Shown: positions 8,624-19,927, counted from the stretch's first letter. The stretch: 64,000 nucleotides of DNA from an uncultured Gammaproteobacteria bacterium (GCA_964641355.1 CAZXND010000002.1:143112-207111), one strand, 5' to 3'. A program made the numbers and translations. Notes: a model not told the origin generated them from the sequence alone.

Positions 8624-10294
8624 TTAGATCCTTCGATCCCAACTTTTAACAGTTGATAAAATGGTGAGGCCCAAGACCAGAAAAAAAGAAAGAAGGGTAA
8701 TGATTGTTGCAAAACTTCTAACTTGAGTATTTTTAAAAACAACTATTACACTATTTCTACCCTTAGGAAGGGTAAAAGATATAATTCCTTTTTCATTGTT
8801 AACGCTTTTAGTTTTTCCATCAGAAACATACGACCATCCAGGAAAATAAGATATATTTCCCAAAACTTTTACCTTATTTTTTGAAACAACACTCACAAGG
8901 TACTTCGATCCTAATTGCTTTACACTAGCTATATTACCCAACCCTTCTTCTAAAATAAATTTCTTTTCGGGACGCAAGGACACGGTCTTAAACCATATCG
9001 TGTTGAATAAGTCACCTGGACTATTAGTGCCATCAATAAAATTAGATTTATTTATATAATATGAATCAGTTCTATCATGATAATACGCTGGAACAGTATA
9101 GCCATATGTTAAAATTATTGACAGTAGGACGAATAAGGGAAGTACTAAATATTTTTTGTTTACAGATATTAATCCATTAAAAAATACTGCCCCAGATAAA
9201 AATGCTGAAATAAGCATTTCAATACTTAGAAGCCGCCAGGGAAATTGAAAATATGAAATAAGTGGAAGTCTCCAAAAAATCTTAGAATACGCGGTCATTA
9301 AGAAAAAAGTAAAAAAATATGATACTAGGAAAAAAAGTAATATATAGAAGATATTCGCAGATCTTCTACTATTAGCAACTTTTAACAGAATAAATAATGA
9401 TAACAACACAAAAAAAATATTAATTACTCCCAACTGCAACGACATCTTATTATTAAATGTAGAGCTAACAAAACCGGTGCCCCAAGATGGAAATATAAGC
9501 TCTGCTAATTCAGGAAAATTCGATTCTACACTGTAAAGCTCCAACCCCTTAACTATGTTTTTTTCTGAAAGTGCGGGTATCCAAAAAATGGATGCTATTC
9601 CCAAACCAAAAATAGAAATAATTAATACTTTTTTAATTCCATTTAGCCCCTTATTGTAAACTTTGATTAAAAAGACTGAATATAGTAGATAAAAAATAAA
9701 AAATGCTAGACCTAATATGTTATGTGAAAAAATAACCGCAGCCAGAGACAACGCAGAGACTCCTTGCCAAAAAAATGATTTATTAAAAATGGCCTTAGTG
9801 GATGTATATAATAAGAAAGGTGCAAATGCTAAAGCCCAAACCTCCCCTATTGAACCCCTCACGTATACATCAACAAAATGATAAGGCGTATAAGTATAAA
9901 CCACGGCCGACAAAAAACCTCCCCCTTTTCCCCAAAAACATTTAGACCAAAAATACATAGAAAACCCTCCTATAAAACTAGCCAATATCATTGATAACTT
10001 AAATGAAGAGACAAAACTAAATCCAAGTTGGTGAAGTAAAAGCGCAATATAGTTAGGTAATGGGTAAACAAAGTTAAATAAAGGTATCCCAAAAGTAAAA
10101 TTCAAATCAGGAGCCCATCTTGGATATAAAGATCCAAAGGAAAATTCTCTCCAAAACTCATAGAATCGGATTAAATGATATTCTCCATCATGAGTGGGAG
10201 GAAAACCTGGATGAAAGAGAGAAAGAACCGATGGTAGAAGTACGACAAATAGCAGGATCTGTATTATAAAATCGTTTTTGATTATTTTTTTCAC
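8624..10294 (-). CDS. GT-C-fold membrane protein, 'PTPS-related' family
   Basis: THDGEYHLIR, YPRWAPDLNFTFGIPLFNFVYPLP, DVYVRGSIGE, SHN, QFPWR, YFPGW; multi-TM; GTG start. Confidence 0.75.
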   Translation of the reverse strand: MKKIIKNDFIIQILLFVVLLPSVLSLFHPGFPPTHDGEYHLIRFYEFWREFSFGSLYPRWAPDLNFTFGIPLFNFVYPLPNYIALLLHQLGFSFVSSFKLSMILASFIGGFSMYFWSKCFWGKGGGFLSAVVYTYTPYHFVDVYVRGSIGEVWALAFAPFLLYTSTKAIFNKSFFWQGVSALSLAAVIFSHNILGLAFFIFYLLYSVFLIKVYNKGLNGIKKVLIISIFGLGIASIFWIPALSEKNIVKGLELYSVESNFPELAELIFPSWGTGFVSSTFNNKMSLQLGVINIFFVLLSLFILLKVANSRRSANIFYILLFFLVSYFFTFFLMTAYSKIFWRLPLISYFQFPWRLLSIEMLISAFLSGAVFFNGLISVNKKYLVLPLFVLLSIILTYGYTVPAYYHDRTDSYYINKSNFIDGTNSPGDLFNTIWFKTVSLRPEKKFILEEGLGNIASVKQLGSKYLVSVVSKNKVKVLGNISYFPGWSYVSDGKTKSVNNEKGIISFTLPKGRNSVIVVFKNTQVRSFATIITLLSFFLVLGLTILSTVKSWDRRI

Positions 10295-11400
10295 TTAATT
10301 AAATATTTATATTCAAAAATTGCAGTAGCTACCACAGGTAAGACTATTATTAAATACTTAAATAGTGGAGTATATCCAAAATAAGAACCAGTCAACATGT
10401 AAGGAGTGTAACTTAAAAGCATTCCAAGACTTAAAGCCACAGACAAATTAATTAACTTTTTACTATCTATTAAGGGCGTGAAAATCAAAAACCATATTGC
10501 ATACCATGGATATATTTCTTCTCTAAGTACGGAAAGAAAAAAAATTGCTACCATCGCCCAAAAAGAAAGCATATATACTGATCTTTGGTTAACCTTCTCT
10601 TTAACAATATGTTTGTAAATTACATATAAAGCGATTGGTAATAAGACGATTGTTCCATATTTTATTAATATAGAAAAAATTATAAATATTGTAAAAAATA
10701 AGTATCTTTTTTTAAATAAGAAATAATATGAGAGCAAAGCTAAACTCATCATAACTATATCATTATGATTTCCAACAAAGGTTTCAATAACAACTAATGG
10801 GTTAATGGCAAAAAGCGAGGTTTTATAAATCGATTTTGTCATTTCATACAATAGTAATACTGCAAGTAAATAAAAGAGGATAACTAAGAGTTTAAAATTA
10901 ATAAGAATTAGTAAAAAATTTCCAAACCCAAGAATAAAAGGAATTAAAGATAATAATAGCCAAACAGGTCCATATAAAGCTACCTTATTAGTAGCTCTCG
11001 TAAAGAAAAGGTATGGTTCGTTCGTAAATTCAATAGGCATAATTATATACGGATTTTCTTGATAACTAGACACTACTTTAGCTGTCATAATATAGTTAAA
11101 AATATCATACGAAAGCATAGCCGGATATGAAAATAACAAAATAAAAAATGTTATAAAAATTACCAGTAAAAAACTTTTTAAGTTAATTAGATTTTCTTTA
11201 AAAGTAGAAACAAATTTTAAATAGAAGATGTAAAAGAGAATGATCATCCCAAAATAGATAACAGAGACAAGTTCTCTTTTTAGATATAGCCCTGAGTATA
11301 GGAAATTAAAGTAAGATAAATTTGCATCGATAAATATATAACTAAAAAAATTTAGCAAAATCAAAAAAATTACGTACGATATTATCAAATACTTACTCAT
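10291..11400 (-). CDS. Polyprenol-P-sugar-dependent membrane glycosyltransferase, MptA/MptB-like
   Basis: SYDIFNY, NPY, YGPVW, NPLVVIE, HND, IKY, YPWY. Confidence 0.72.
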   Translation of the reverse strand: MSKYLIISYVIFLILLNFFSYIFIDANLSYFNFLYSGLYLKRELVSVIYFGMIILFYIFYLKFVSTFKENLINLKSFLLVIFITFFILLFSYPAMLSYDIFNYIMTAKVVSSYQENPYIIMPIEFTNEPYLFFTRATNKVALYGPVWLLLSLIPFILGFGNFLLILINFKLLVILFYLLAVLLLYEMTKSIYKTSLFAINPLVVIETFVGNHNDIVMMSLALLSYYFLFKKRYLFFTIFIIFSILIKYGTIVLLPIALYVIYKHIVKEKVNQRSVYMLSFWAMVAIFFLSVLREEIYPWYAIWFLIFTPLIDSKKLINLSVALSLGMLLSYTPYMLTGSYFGYTPLFKYLIIVLPVVATAIFEYKYLIK

Positions 11401-11908
11401 ACTTTTGTCTTAACAGTAAAGATTCACCTACATTTCTTTTTAATTCTAGTTTTTTAACTTCTTTTTTTTCTTCGTTCCAATTAAACTTTTCAGGCAATTC
11501 CTCACTTACTTTAATAAGAGTTTGATAATGTTTTTTTGCAGCTAGTTTTAAAGTATGTTTTTTTTCTTCACTACCATTCTTTCTCACATTTAAGATTTTA
11601 GATGCTTCAATAAAATATACATCTGATTTTCTAAGTGCGTTATAACCAAGTAAATACTGCTTGTATTCAAAAAGTACCTTCGCCTCAACAAGATACTTAT
11701 CTGAAAGCTTAAGATAATAAACGAAATTTCCATAATCACCGAAATACCAAAATTTAGAAATATAGTAATAAAATTGGTTTAGGTTGTAGAATTTACTTCC
11801 TGGAAGAACTGATGGGTATGGAAGCACGTAAGAAGAGTCAGAGTTCGCTAAAACTATTTTTACGTTAAAAAATAAAAGAAAAAAGAAGAACAGTAGATAA
11901 CGCCACAT
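11393..11908 (-). CDS. Exported protein, DUF5667-like
   Basis: N-terminal signal/TM segment followed by YVLPYPSVLPGSKFY, LSDKYLVEA; ATG at 11908 overlaps the galE stop (TGATG). Confidence 0.55.
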   Translation of the reverse strand: MWRYLLFFFFLLFFNVKIVLANSDSSYVLPYPSVLPGSKFYNLNQFYYYISKFWYFGDYGNFVYYLKLSDKYLVEAKVLFEYKQYLLGYNALRKSDVYFIEASKILNVRKNGSEEKKHTLKLAAKKHYQTLIKVSEELPEKFNWNEEKKEVKKLELKRNVGESLLLRQKYE

Positions 11909-12879
11909 CAATAGTTATTTTCACTATGCCATTTCCATGCGCTTTTTACTATCGTTGAAAGATCAGAAAATCTTGGATGGAAATTTAGGTCTTTTTTAAT
12001 ATTTCCCACATCCGCTATTAAGACATCCGCGTCTCCTGGTCTTGGAGGAGAAGTAATAGTTTTTACTTTTTTTCCTGAAACCTTCTCAATTTCAGAAACA
12101 ACTTCCTTATTTGAGTAACCGTTTCCAGTTCCTACATTATAGAAGTACATTCCACCATCACTAACCACCTTATCGAGTGCAAGAAGATGAGCATCGATTA
12201 AGTCAAGAACATGAATATAATCTCTAACACAACTTCCGTCAGAAGTATTATAACTATCCCCATATAATTCGAATTCTTTATCTTTTAAGATCGCGTTAAT
12301 CACATTTGGAATAAGATGAGATTCTGGTTGATGGGATTCTCCATATTTCCCATCGAGCGATGCTCCAGCAGCATTAAAATATCTAAGACTGATAAAATTT
12401 AAATCGAAAATTTCTCCATACCATTTTAAAACCGTTTCTACCATTAATTTACTCTCACCATAGGGATTAGTAGGAAGTTTCGGGTGTTCTTCTTTTATTG
12501 GAGTTTCTTGTGGATTTCCGTAAACCCCAGCTGTTGATGAAAAAATAATATTCCCAACATTTCCCTTGATCATAGCCTCTATTAGGTTAAGTGTGCCATA
12601 TGTATTATTTTCAAAGTATATGTATGGATTTTGCATAGATTCACCCATAGATATTAGTCCAGCAAAATGAATTACACAATCGAATTTATCTCTAAAAACC
12701 TTCTCAAGAAATTTTTTATCAAGAAGATCACCATTTAGAACTTTCACGGATGAATCTAAATCTACCTCCGTACTCCTCGAAAAATTATCTAGAACAGAAA
12801 CCTCATCACCTCTATTTAATAAGCCCCTTACCATAAATCCTCCAATATATCCTGCTCCTCCTGTTACAAGTATTTTCAT
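11908..12879 (-). CDS. galE: UDP-glucose 4-epimerase
   Basis: GGAGYIG, HFAG, SSTAGVYG, NPYGESK, LRYFNAAGA, DGSCVRDYIHVLDL. Confidence 0.93.
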   Translation of the reverse strand: MKILVTGGAGYIGGFMVRGLLNRGDEVSVLDNFSRSTEVDLDSSVKVLNGDLLDKKFLEKVFRDKFDCVIHFAGLISMGESMQNPYIYFENNTYGTLNLIEAMIKGNVGNIIFSSTAGVYGNPQETPIKEEHPKLPTNPYGESKLMVETVLKWYGEIFDLNFISLRYFNAAGASLDGKYGESHQPESHLIPNVINAILKDKEFELYGDSYNTSDGSCVRDYIHVLDLIDAHLLALDKVVSDGGMYFYNVGTGNGYSNKEVVSEIEKVSGKKVKTITSPPRPGDADVLIADVGNIKKDLNFHPRFSDLSTIVKSAWKWHSENNY

Positions 12880-13664
12880 ATTTCTATTCTATTCTTATTT
12901 AAAGATATTATATACGATACCGGATATCTAAGTGAAGAAAAGAAAGAAAACACGAATCCTTGCCATGAATCCATGAATCCTTTATGTCTTAAATATGTCA
13001 AAAAAAACCAGTATAATGGCCTTATTAACAAAAACTCAGGAACAGAGTACAATTTCAAAGGAAAAATTCTCTTCCTCATCATTTTCTGTATCTGATGTGC
13101 ATAAATATTATTGTATCTCTCCCATTTTTGCAAATAAACAGAAAAGTTTTTATAGGGATAATGGAGAAGAGGGTGGGATAAATAGCCAACGACACCATCT
13201 ACCACAGCTTGCTCATGAACATCTTTTTGCGGGAGTTTTCCTTTGCCATTTTTATATAAACGGAGTGTATAGTCAGGATATTGACCACCTTTCATAAGGA
13301 ATCTACCAAGGAAAAAGTTTTTTCTCGGAATCCAATATCCACTCTCTTCTCTTACCTCATCATTAATTACTCGAATAATTTCGTCTTTCAGCTCTTTAGA
13401 AACTCTCTCGTCTGCATCAAGCTGCAATATCCAATCAGAGGTAGCTTTATCAATAGCTTTTTGTTTATTGATGTGAAATATCTCTTGATTGGGTAATATA
13501 CTAACTATTGCCCCATAGCTCCTCGCAATTTCTACAGTCTTGTCATTCGATTCTCCATCAACTAAAACTATTTCAGACACCCATCCCTCAACAGAATCGA
13601 GTGTTCTGCCAATACTTGCCTCTTCGTTGTATGTTGCTAAAACAACACTTATTGTTTTCTTCAA
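12876..13664 (-). CDS. GT2, beta-1,4-glucosyltransferase-like (WaaE/KdtX/LgtF subfamily)
   Basis: YNEE, VDGESNDKT, LDADE, PRKNFFLG, YPDY, VHE; TTG start overlapping the upstream stop. Confidence 0.85.
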   Translation of the reverse strand: MKKTISVVLATYNEEASIGRTLDSVEGWVSEIVLVDGESNDKTVEIARSYGAIVSILPNQEIFHINKQKAIDKATSDWILQLDADERVSKELKDEIIRVINDEVREESGYWIPRKNFFLGRFLMKGGQYPDYTLRLYKNGKGKLPQKDVHEQAVVDGVVGYLSHPLLHYPYKNFSVYLQKWERYNNIYAHQIQKMMRKRIFPLKLYSVPEFLLIRPLYWFFLTYLRHKGFMDSWQGFVFSFFSSLRYPVSYIISLNKNRIEI

Positions 13665-15319
13665 GGCTTAACCTCTCCTATTATTATAGCTTGTTTGTTT
13701 GTAGGAAATTCAACACTTTTAACAAGAACTAAAGGACTTTTAAATTCAGACGGGTTTAAAACATAAAGAACCTCTTTTTCGAATTTTATCGGTTTTTCAA
13801 AATAATATTTTCCAATTTTATGTGTTTCTGCAAATCCACCTGACCTTGTTCCTCCTGACATTTGATAGTTCATTGGATCTACTTTTCTTGAAAATAAATA
13901 AAACATATAACTCTCTAGTAGGCTTTCTCTGTTAGAAACTACAATTTTATTGTATTTATCTTCATTTTTTTTAGCAAAGGCAATCGCCTGCAACAGTCCA
14001 TATTGAAACTGATGAGCAGAATTATTTCTAAAAATATTAAAATAACTGTATGAAAAAAATAGAACATATGAACAAATTACCAATGCGAAAACCCCTATAA
14101 TCAGATTTCTTATTAACATGCTCATTTTTAACAAATAAGAAACAGCTACGATTATTCCATATGATTCAACTATTTGAGGCAAAGGTAAAATCTGAATTAC
14201 CCTCATGGCATGAGGATAACCGTTTGTTATAGCCCCAGGAACCAACGATGAAAGCAACCAGAACAAAAAGAAAAGTTTTATTTTATTATCGAAATCTTTT
14301 CTTGTTATCAAAAAAAATGCACCAAAGAGAATTATCACTAATTCAAATGGATAAAACAATCCAAAGTTTGGAACTTTAAAGATCTCATCTCCGGTATTTG
14401 TAAATAACCAGAATGGGTTAAAATGTGACATATACGCTGAGAAGATTAGACCTCCATACATAACCCTCCTGTTGTACATCACTTGGCCAAAAAAATCATT
14501 TTTACTTTTCGCCTCTAAAACCTTAACGGCACTATTACTTAAAAGCTGAGGATTTGAAGATAATATATTTGTACCTGAAAATCTAATAAGCGCTCCTGGT
14601 TTTAATGTTTCAACAATCACTGGCAACACTATAATTAATCCCAAAAAAATGCTTAAGGTTAAATTTTTTTTATTTCTGGTTAAAGACTTAATAAATATTG
14701 ACGCAATAATAAGCGAAATAAGAGGGATAAAGATTTTTCCACTTTGATAAGAATCGAAAGAAAGAGCCATAAAAGCAGCAGAAAGTGGTAAAAATATAAT
14801 TGACCCTCTCTTTGACCCTAAAATAAATTTGAAAAAAAATGTAAGACCTAGAATAAAAAAAGAGAGAAATGCATTTACTTCGTGTCCTAACCTAGAAATA
14901 TAAATATGCCAAGGGGAAATCGCCAACAAGAACATTACTAAAAACGGTAGAGCTGAGATAAAACGTAACGATAACTTTGAAATAAAACAATCAACGAGAA
15001 AGTAAACAGAAATTACACTTATTATCGATAAAATTACCGACGGTAGTCTTACGGCTAAAGCACTTAAACCTAAAAACTTAACGAATGGAATAACTAAGTA
15101 GACATATAAGGCAGGTCTATAATCATCATACGCCCTTAGCAACACTGGAAAAGAACTAAGATACTCATCTTTCCCTGTTAATAATATTGAATATGCATTG
15201 TAACCAATCGAAACCTCATCAAGGCTTGGATGTGACGGAATATTGCCCAATTCATAAAATCTAAAAAAAATTGCAATCGAGAGGATTGTTAAAAAAATAA
15301 TTTTTTTCACTTTTTCCAC
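13661..15319 (-). CDS. GT-C membrane glycosyltransferase, PMT/ArnT-like
   Basis: LDEVSIGYNAYSILLTGKDEY, DYRPALY, VRLPS, ISPWHI..SR, PHAMR. Confidence 0.8.
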   Translation of the reverse strand: MEKVKKIIFLTILSIAIFFRFYELGNIPSHPSLDEVSIGYNAYSILLTGKDEYLSSFPVLLRAYDDYRPALYVYLVIPFVKFLGLSALAVRLPSVILSIISVISVYFLVDCFISKLSLRFISALPFLVMFLLAISPWHIYISRLGHEVNAFLSFFILGLTFFFKFILGSKRGSIIFLPLSAAFMALSFDSYQSGKIFIPLISLIIASIFIKSLTRNKKNLTLSIFLGLIIVLPVIVETLKPGALIRFSGTNILSSNPQLLSNSAVKVLEAKSKNDFFGQVMYNRRVMYGGLIFSAYMSHFNPFWLFTNTGDEIFKVPNFGLFYPFELVIILFGAFFLITRKDFDNKIKLFFLFWLLSSLVPGAITNGYPHAMRVIQILPLPQIVESYGIIVAVSYLLKMSMLIRNLIIGVFALVICSYVLFFSYSYFNIFRNNSAHQFQYGLLQAIAFAKKNEDKYNKIVVSNRESLLESYMFYLFSRKVDPMNYQMSGGTRSGGFAETHKIGKYYFEKPIKFEKEVLYVLNPSEFKSPLVLVKSVEFPTNKQAIIIGEVKP

Positions 15320-16590
15320 CTCTTTTCATAAATATAATGAATATAAGATTCAGGCGCTCCATAAAGGAAATCATTTTTAATACCTCTATTTACCTCTATC
15401 CTCACTTCCTTCCTATATTCAGACAAACCCTTTGTTTTGTAGGAAAAAAAAGCCGAAATATTTATCGCTAAAAAGTAACTAATAACCAAAATAAAAATAA
15501 CTTTTGGCAAGATGTTTTTTAACCTCCATAGCTTCATTAAAAAATAAGACAATACAAATATAGCTATAAACCTAGTACTTGAAAAGAAGTAATTAGAAAT
15601 ATCTCCCTTATAAGTTGCGATTACCACCCAAGGGACTACAAACCAAAGCACAACTAAAAAAACAAAAATTAATCTATCTCTATTAAATTTTTCTCTAAGA
15701 TATGTTAGCGAGAAAAACGGAACCACCAATATTGAAACAATCTGAGGTATATTAAAACGAGTTAAACCTGAAAATTCAATAAATGCATCACCCGATAATT
15801 GAATCATCCTTCTTAAGTGTAATCCGTGATAATTACTGGATAAAAAAGAAAAAACATTGACACCACTTTTAGAATTAAGTGATGAAATTATATTTGGAAT
15901 TAAAAAAACAAAAAAAATGGGAATTGCTAATAGTATATATTTAAGCGTTTTAACTTTAAATGGAATAAGTGGTAAACAGAATAATAATATTACAAAATAA
16001 AAAACAGATGTAGTATGGATATGCAGAGAAACTCCAAGTAAAACAGCTAAAACCAAAATCTTACTTACATCTCCAAGTAATATTCTATATATAAAATAAA
16101 AGATTAGTAATGATATCGATGCAATAAATCCGACTGGCCATTGTGTTCGTTCAAAGCTTATATTGTAAAACGATATACTTTGAATTAATAAAGCAGTTAA
16201 AGCTACTTTAGAATCGAATAACTTTTTCGTTATAGAGAATAAAACAAGAAGCGAGAACAATGCCGTTACTAGTGCTGCGATTGGAGACGCAATTGGGTCT
16301 AAATTTGTAACCAGATAGAAAAAGGCAATGAAGTAATAATATAGAGGTCCAATAAATATTCCCGTTCCCTGCCTAGCTTGCATACCAACAAGAGGGTATT
16401 CTTTATTAACTAAAATATTCTTTGACACCCATGCATTATCAACTTGATCCCATCCAAAAGAGTGATTTGATTCAAATTTATACACACGAAAGAAAATAAA
16501 CACAAGAAGTATTGTCAAAAAAACAATTAACTCTTTTTTACTATTAAAATTTATACCAAAAAATTTAAAAATCTTGTTAATCTTTTTCAT
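15307..16590 (-). CDS. GT-C membrane glycosyltransferase, ArnT/PMT_2-like
   Basis: FGWDQ, GPLYYY, multi-TM, HIH. Confidence 0.7.
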   Translation of the reverse strand: MKKINKIFKFFGINFNSKKELIVFLTILLVFIFFRVYKFESNHSFGWDQVDNAWVSKNILVNKEYPLVGMQARQGTGIFIGPLYYYFIAFFYLVTNLDPIASPIAALVTALFSLLVLFSITKKLFDSKVALTALLIQSISFYNISFERTQWPVGFIASISLLIFYFIYRILLGDVSKILVLAVLLGVSLHIHTTSVFYFVILLFCLPLIPFKVKTLKYILLAIPIFFVFLIPNIISSLNSKSGVNVFSFLSSNYHGLHLRRMIQLSGDAFIEFSGLTRFNIPQIVSILVVPFFSLTYLREKFNRDRLIFVFLVVLWFVVPWVVIATYKGDISNYFFSSTRFIAIFVLSYFLMKLWRLKNILPKVIFILVISYFLAINISAFFSYKTKGLSEYRKEVRIEVNRGIKNDFLYGAPESYIHYIYEKRWKK

Positions 16591-16615
16591 TAATATTTAA
16601 TATATGTGAGCTATC

Positions 16616-18280
16616 CTATCCCTCTACAATAATAATTGCAGGTTTCCCATCTAAATAATTTACGGTTTTTAGTATTTTTACACCATCTGGAAAATCGCCA
16701 GGCCTACCGATAAAAAGCTTATTCTCTTTATTCTCATTATTCCAATCAATATTTCTAAAAACATAGTTTGCAAACCCTTTATGATCTTCCGCAAATCCTC
16801 CACTAACCGTTCCTCCATTTTTTTGATATATATCAGGTGGATATTTTAAATAAAACAGGAAAAACATATACGACTGGTCAAGTGGCCTAACATTGCTGAC
16901 AACTACTTCTCTATATCTATTTTGAATAGGATACACAAAAGAGACTACTTTTTCATACCCGTATTGCCAATCTGAAGAATTAAAATAATTCAACTGAATA
17001 AAGTACTGATTGAGAAAATAAACAAAATTAAAGAGAAATAAAATAGAAAATATACTTATAAATGTGTACCTATATACAACTTTTTGCTTCAAAGCCCAAA
17101 TAAAACTAGATAGAATTCCTAATGCAATAAAGATTTGAATAACAGGTAAAAAATTAAGAGTTCTTACAGCATGAGGGACTCCACTAGTAATAGACGCCGG
17201 AAGAGGTGCTATTAAAAAATATGAAAAAATTACAGTTTTTATTTTTAGATTAAATCTCCCGAAAATCAAGATATAAATTCCCAATAATAGAAACGGGAGT
17301 TCAATTAAATATAGTAAACCCATAAATGGAGCGTGATGTCTGGATATATCTCCCGTGATAAACAACCAATTAATATCGAAATGAGAAATATAACCTGAAA
17401 CTATAGCCCTACCGTATTCAATTCTTCTATTGTCCAGAACTAAACCTAAAAGATTTTCCGTTTTCTTATCCTCTGCTGATTTAATAACGTTTCTTTTAAG
17501 AAATTGGGTTTGATCTGAAAAAACACTAACCCCTTTTGCTCTTAAAAGTGCATTTTTATCCGTAATCGTATAATGAACCATTGGAAAAACAATTATGGAT
17601 ATTAACACAAATGATATAAGCAAATATTTTTTAGGAATTGATAATATAGTCTTCCAGTACAGAAGCAAAAGAATTAAAAACAAAATAACAGTAAATACTT
17701 TCTCGCTTTGATACATATAGATATTTATGGACGCAAAGAAAAAAGAAATAGGTAAGATCTTTGGAACCTTTAGTCCTTTTAAAAAAAAGAGCAAAGCAAG
17801 AACATTTAGTGCGGCGCCAACATTTGATTCAAAAGCAATTCTGGAAAAATTAATACTCCAAGGAGAAATCGCCAATATAAACGAAGCTATAAGTGCTAAA
17901 TAATCTGCTTTTACTGTTTTTTTTGAAATCTCTATTTCCTTCCCAAAAAGCTCTTTGATGAGAAAAAAGACTGCAATGACTGTAATTATTCCAAAAATTG
18001 CAGAAACCAATCTAACAGAAACGATATTCAATCCAAACACTTTTATAAAAGGGATTGCGAAATATGCATAAAGTGCAGGCTTGTAATCATCAAAAGATCT
18101 AAGGGCGACAGGAAAAATCTTTCCATATTCATCCTTACCAGTAAGAAGTAGTGAATAAGCGTTGTATCCAAGAGCCGCTTCGTCCCAATCAGGAGAGGGA
18201 GGAACACTCCCAATGTTCCAAAGTCTCAGAATAGAGGCAATTATAATTATACCTATAAGGATTAACCAAATCTTCTTCAT
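16616..18280 (-). CDS. GT-C membrane glycosyltransferase, PMT/ArnT-like
   Basis: WDEAALGYNAYSLLLTGKDEYG, DYKPALY, ISPW...SRIAFE, PHAVR, WQYGY. Confidence 0.82.
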   Translation of the reverse strand: MKKIWLILIGIIIIASILRLWNIGSVPPSPDWDEAALGYNAYSLLLTGKDEYGKIFPVALRSFDDYKPALYAYFAIPFIKVFGLNIVSVRLVSAIFGIITVIAVFFLIKELFGKEIEISKKTVKADYLALIASFILAISPWSINFSRIAFESNVGAALNVLALLFFLKGLKVPKILPISFFFASINIYMYQSEKVFTVILFLILLLLYWKTILSIPKKYLLISFVLISIIVFPMVHYTITDKNALLRAKGVSVFSDQTQFLKRNVIKSAEDKKTENLLGLVLDNRRIEYGRAIVSGYISHFDINWLFITGDISRHHAPFMGLLYLIELPFLLLGIYILIFGRFNLKIKTVIFSYFLIAPLPASITSGVPHAVRTLNFLPVIQIFIALGILSSFIWALKQKVVYRYTFISIFSILFLFNFVYFLNQYFIQLNYFNSSDWQYGYEKVVSFVYPIQNRYREVVVSNVRPLDQSYMFFLFYLKYPPDIYQKNGGTVSGGFAEDHKGFANYVFRNIDWNNENKENKLFIGRPGDFPDGVKILKTVNYLDGKPAIIIVEG

Positions 18281-19911
18281 CTTATATAAGCAGATAAAAT
18301 CTCCTGTCCATTAGGTAAAAAGAATGATTTCACCTTCTCTGACCCATTTGGAACTCTTGAAGGACTATCAATTACTAAAATTTTTCCCATTCCTTTCCTA
18401 TCTAACACAAGTTTACCCTTGTCAAAGAAAACGTATTTTCCAAAACTTTCGATATGGACAAAACCAGCAGCTTCTCTTTCTACTCTGGCCTCTGATCTGA
18501 ACATACTTGGATCGTATTTTTTATAAAAAAGAACGTAGATATAAGGTCTACCCAACTCTGTTGTAATGTAAACTCTATCATATTTTTTTTCTACGTTATT
18601 AACATAATCAATTACCTCTTTATACCCAAACTGCCATTCTCCGGCAAACTCATTGGGATAATGATCCATAAGGTTATGGTAAAAATAAGTAAAATTGATC
18701 AAGATTACACTCGAAACCAAAAAAATAAAAACTTTTTTAATCTGGAAGGTACCTAAATTTATATTGTTAAGTAATTTTGTTAATTGATAAATTCCATACG
18801 CAGATAAAACTTGGAATGTTGGAAGGGCCGCTTCGATACGAAGAGCATGGGGAGTTTCCCTAGCAGTTCCTGCAGGAATCAATCCAATAACTAACCAATA
18901 AGGAATAATTAACCACTTTCCCTCTCTCCTTCTGAAGAGGAAAAGAACACCTGATACAAAAAACGGAATTTCCCAGATGTACATCTCTCCAACATCCTGA
19001 ATTGAAAACTTTGGATTACCATCTCCCTTAATGAATAAGAACTGAGGATTTAAATTATCGAAATAGTGATGGAGGAACTCCACCCCATAAGCAAATCTTC
19101 TGTTGTGGATCATCTTAGACCACAAGGAATTTTTATCATTTTCAATTTCCCTATTAGCTCTCTCTACTACATTTGGGTCAGAAAATATATTCACTTCGGT
19201 AAATCTAAGCTGTGCCTGAGGGGTTAAAAGAAACATGGCTAAAGGTATAAATAATAAAAACGCAAGAAAAGCTGAAATAGTAGTCTCTGTTTTACGATTA
19301 ATTAAATTTTTTCTATAGAAAAAAAATAAACCTAAAACAAGAAGAGGAGAAACTATTCTTGAAGTGTTAAATGTATACATTGACAAAACAAAAGAGGTTA
19401 AAGAAAAAAATAGATATCCCTTTCTTTCCATACCAGCTAAAAAAAGATATACGCCAAACACAATAAAAAAGGATGCTAAATTAGCTTCAAACGCTGCTCT
19501 TGAGAGCATGATGTGCCAAGGTGAAATGGCAAGTAAAAATGACGAAAGCAAGGCAATATCTTTATTCTCAAATATCTTCTTTATTAATAAGTATGTTATT
19601 AGAACAGTGAGTACTCCAAAAAATGCCGAGATAAATCTTACTGAAAATCCGTTAAGCCCGAATAACCTAATGGGAATTATTGAAAGATATGCATAAAGAG
19701 GGGGCTTAAAGTCTCCAAAAGATTCAAGATATGATATGGGAAGAAATTTACCAAATTCATCCTTAAAGTCGATTCCTAAACTGTACGCGTTATATCCCCA
19801 GGCTACTTCATCCCACGTTAAAGAGGGAGGGTTTTTATCCAAATCCTGGAATCGAAGAAAAAAAGCCGCAATCAAAACAAGAATTAATATGTATTTTTTA
19901 AAAAACGACAT
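18277..19911 (-). CDS. GT-C membrane glycosyltransferase, PMT/ArnT-like
   Basis: WDEVAWGYNAYS, DEFG, GDFKPPLY, ISPWHIMLSRAAFE, PHALR, WQFGY. Confidence 0.82.
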   Translation of the reverse strand: MSFFKKYILILVLIAAFFLRFQDLDKNPPSLTWDEVAWGYNAYSLGIDFKDEFGKFLPISYLESFGDFKPPLYAYLSIIPIRLFGLNGFSVRFISAFFGVLTVLITYLLIKKIFENKDIALLSSFLLAISPWHIMLSRAAFEANLASFFIVFGVYLFLAGMERKGYLFFSLTSFVLSMYTFNTSRIVSPLLVLGLFFFYRKNLINRKTETTISAFLAFLLFIPLAMFLLTPQAQLRFTEVNIFSDPNVVERANREIENDKNSLWSKMIHNRRFAYGVEFLHHYFDNLNPQFLFIKGDGNPKFSIQDVGEMYIWEIPFFVSGVLFLFRRREGKWLIIPYWLVIGLIPAGTARETPHALRIEAALPTFQVLSAYGIYQLTKLLNNINLGTFQIKKVFIFLVSSVILINFTYFYHNLMDHYPNEFAGEWQFGYKEVIDYVNNVEKKYDRVYITTELGRPYIYVLFYKKYDPSMFRSEARVEREAAGFVHIESFGKYVFFDKGKLVLDRKGMGKILVIDSPSRVPNGSEKVKSFFLPNGQEILSAYIR

Positions 19912-19927
19912 TTATGTTAATATCCGA

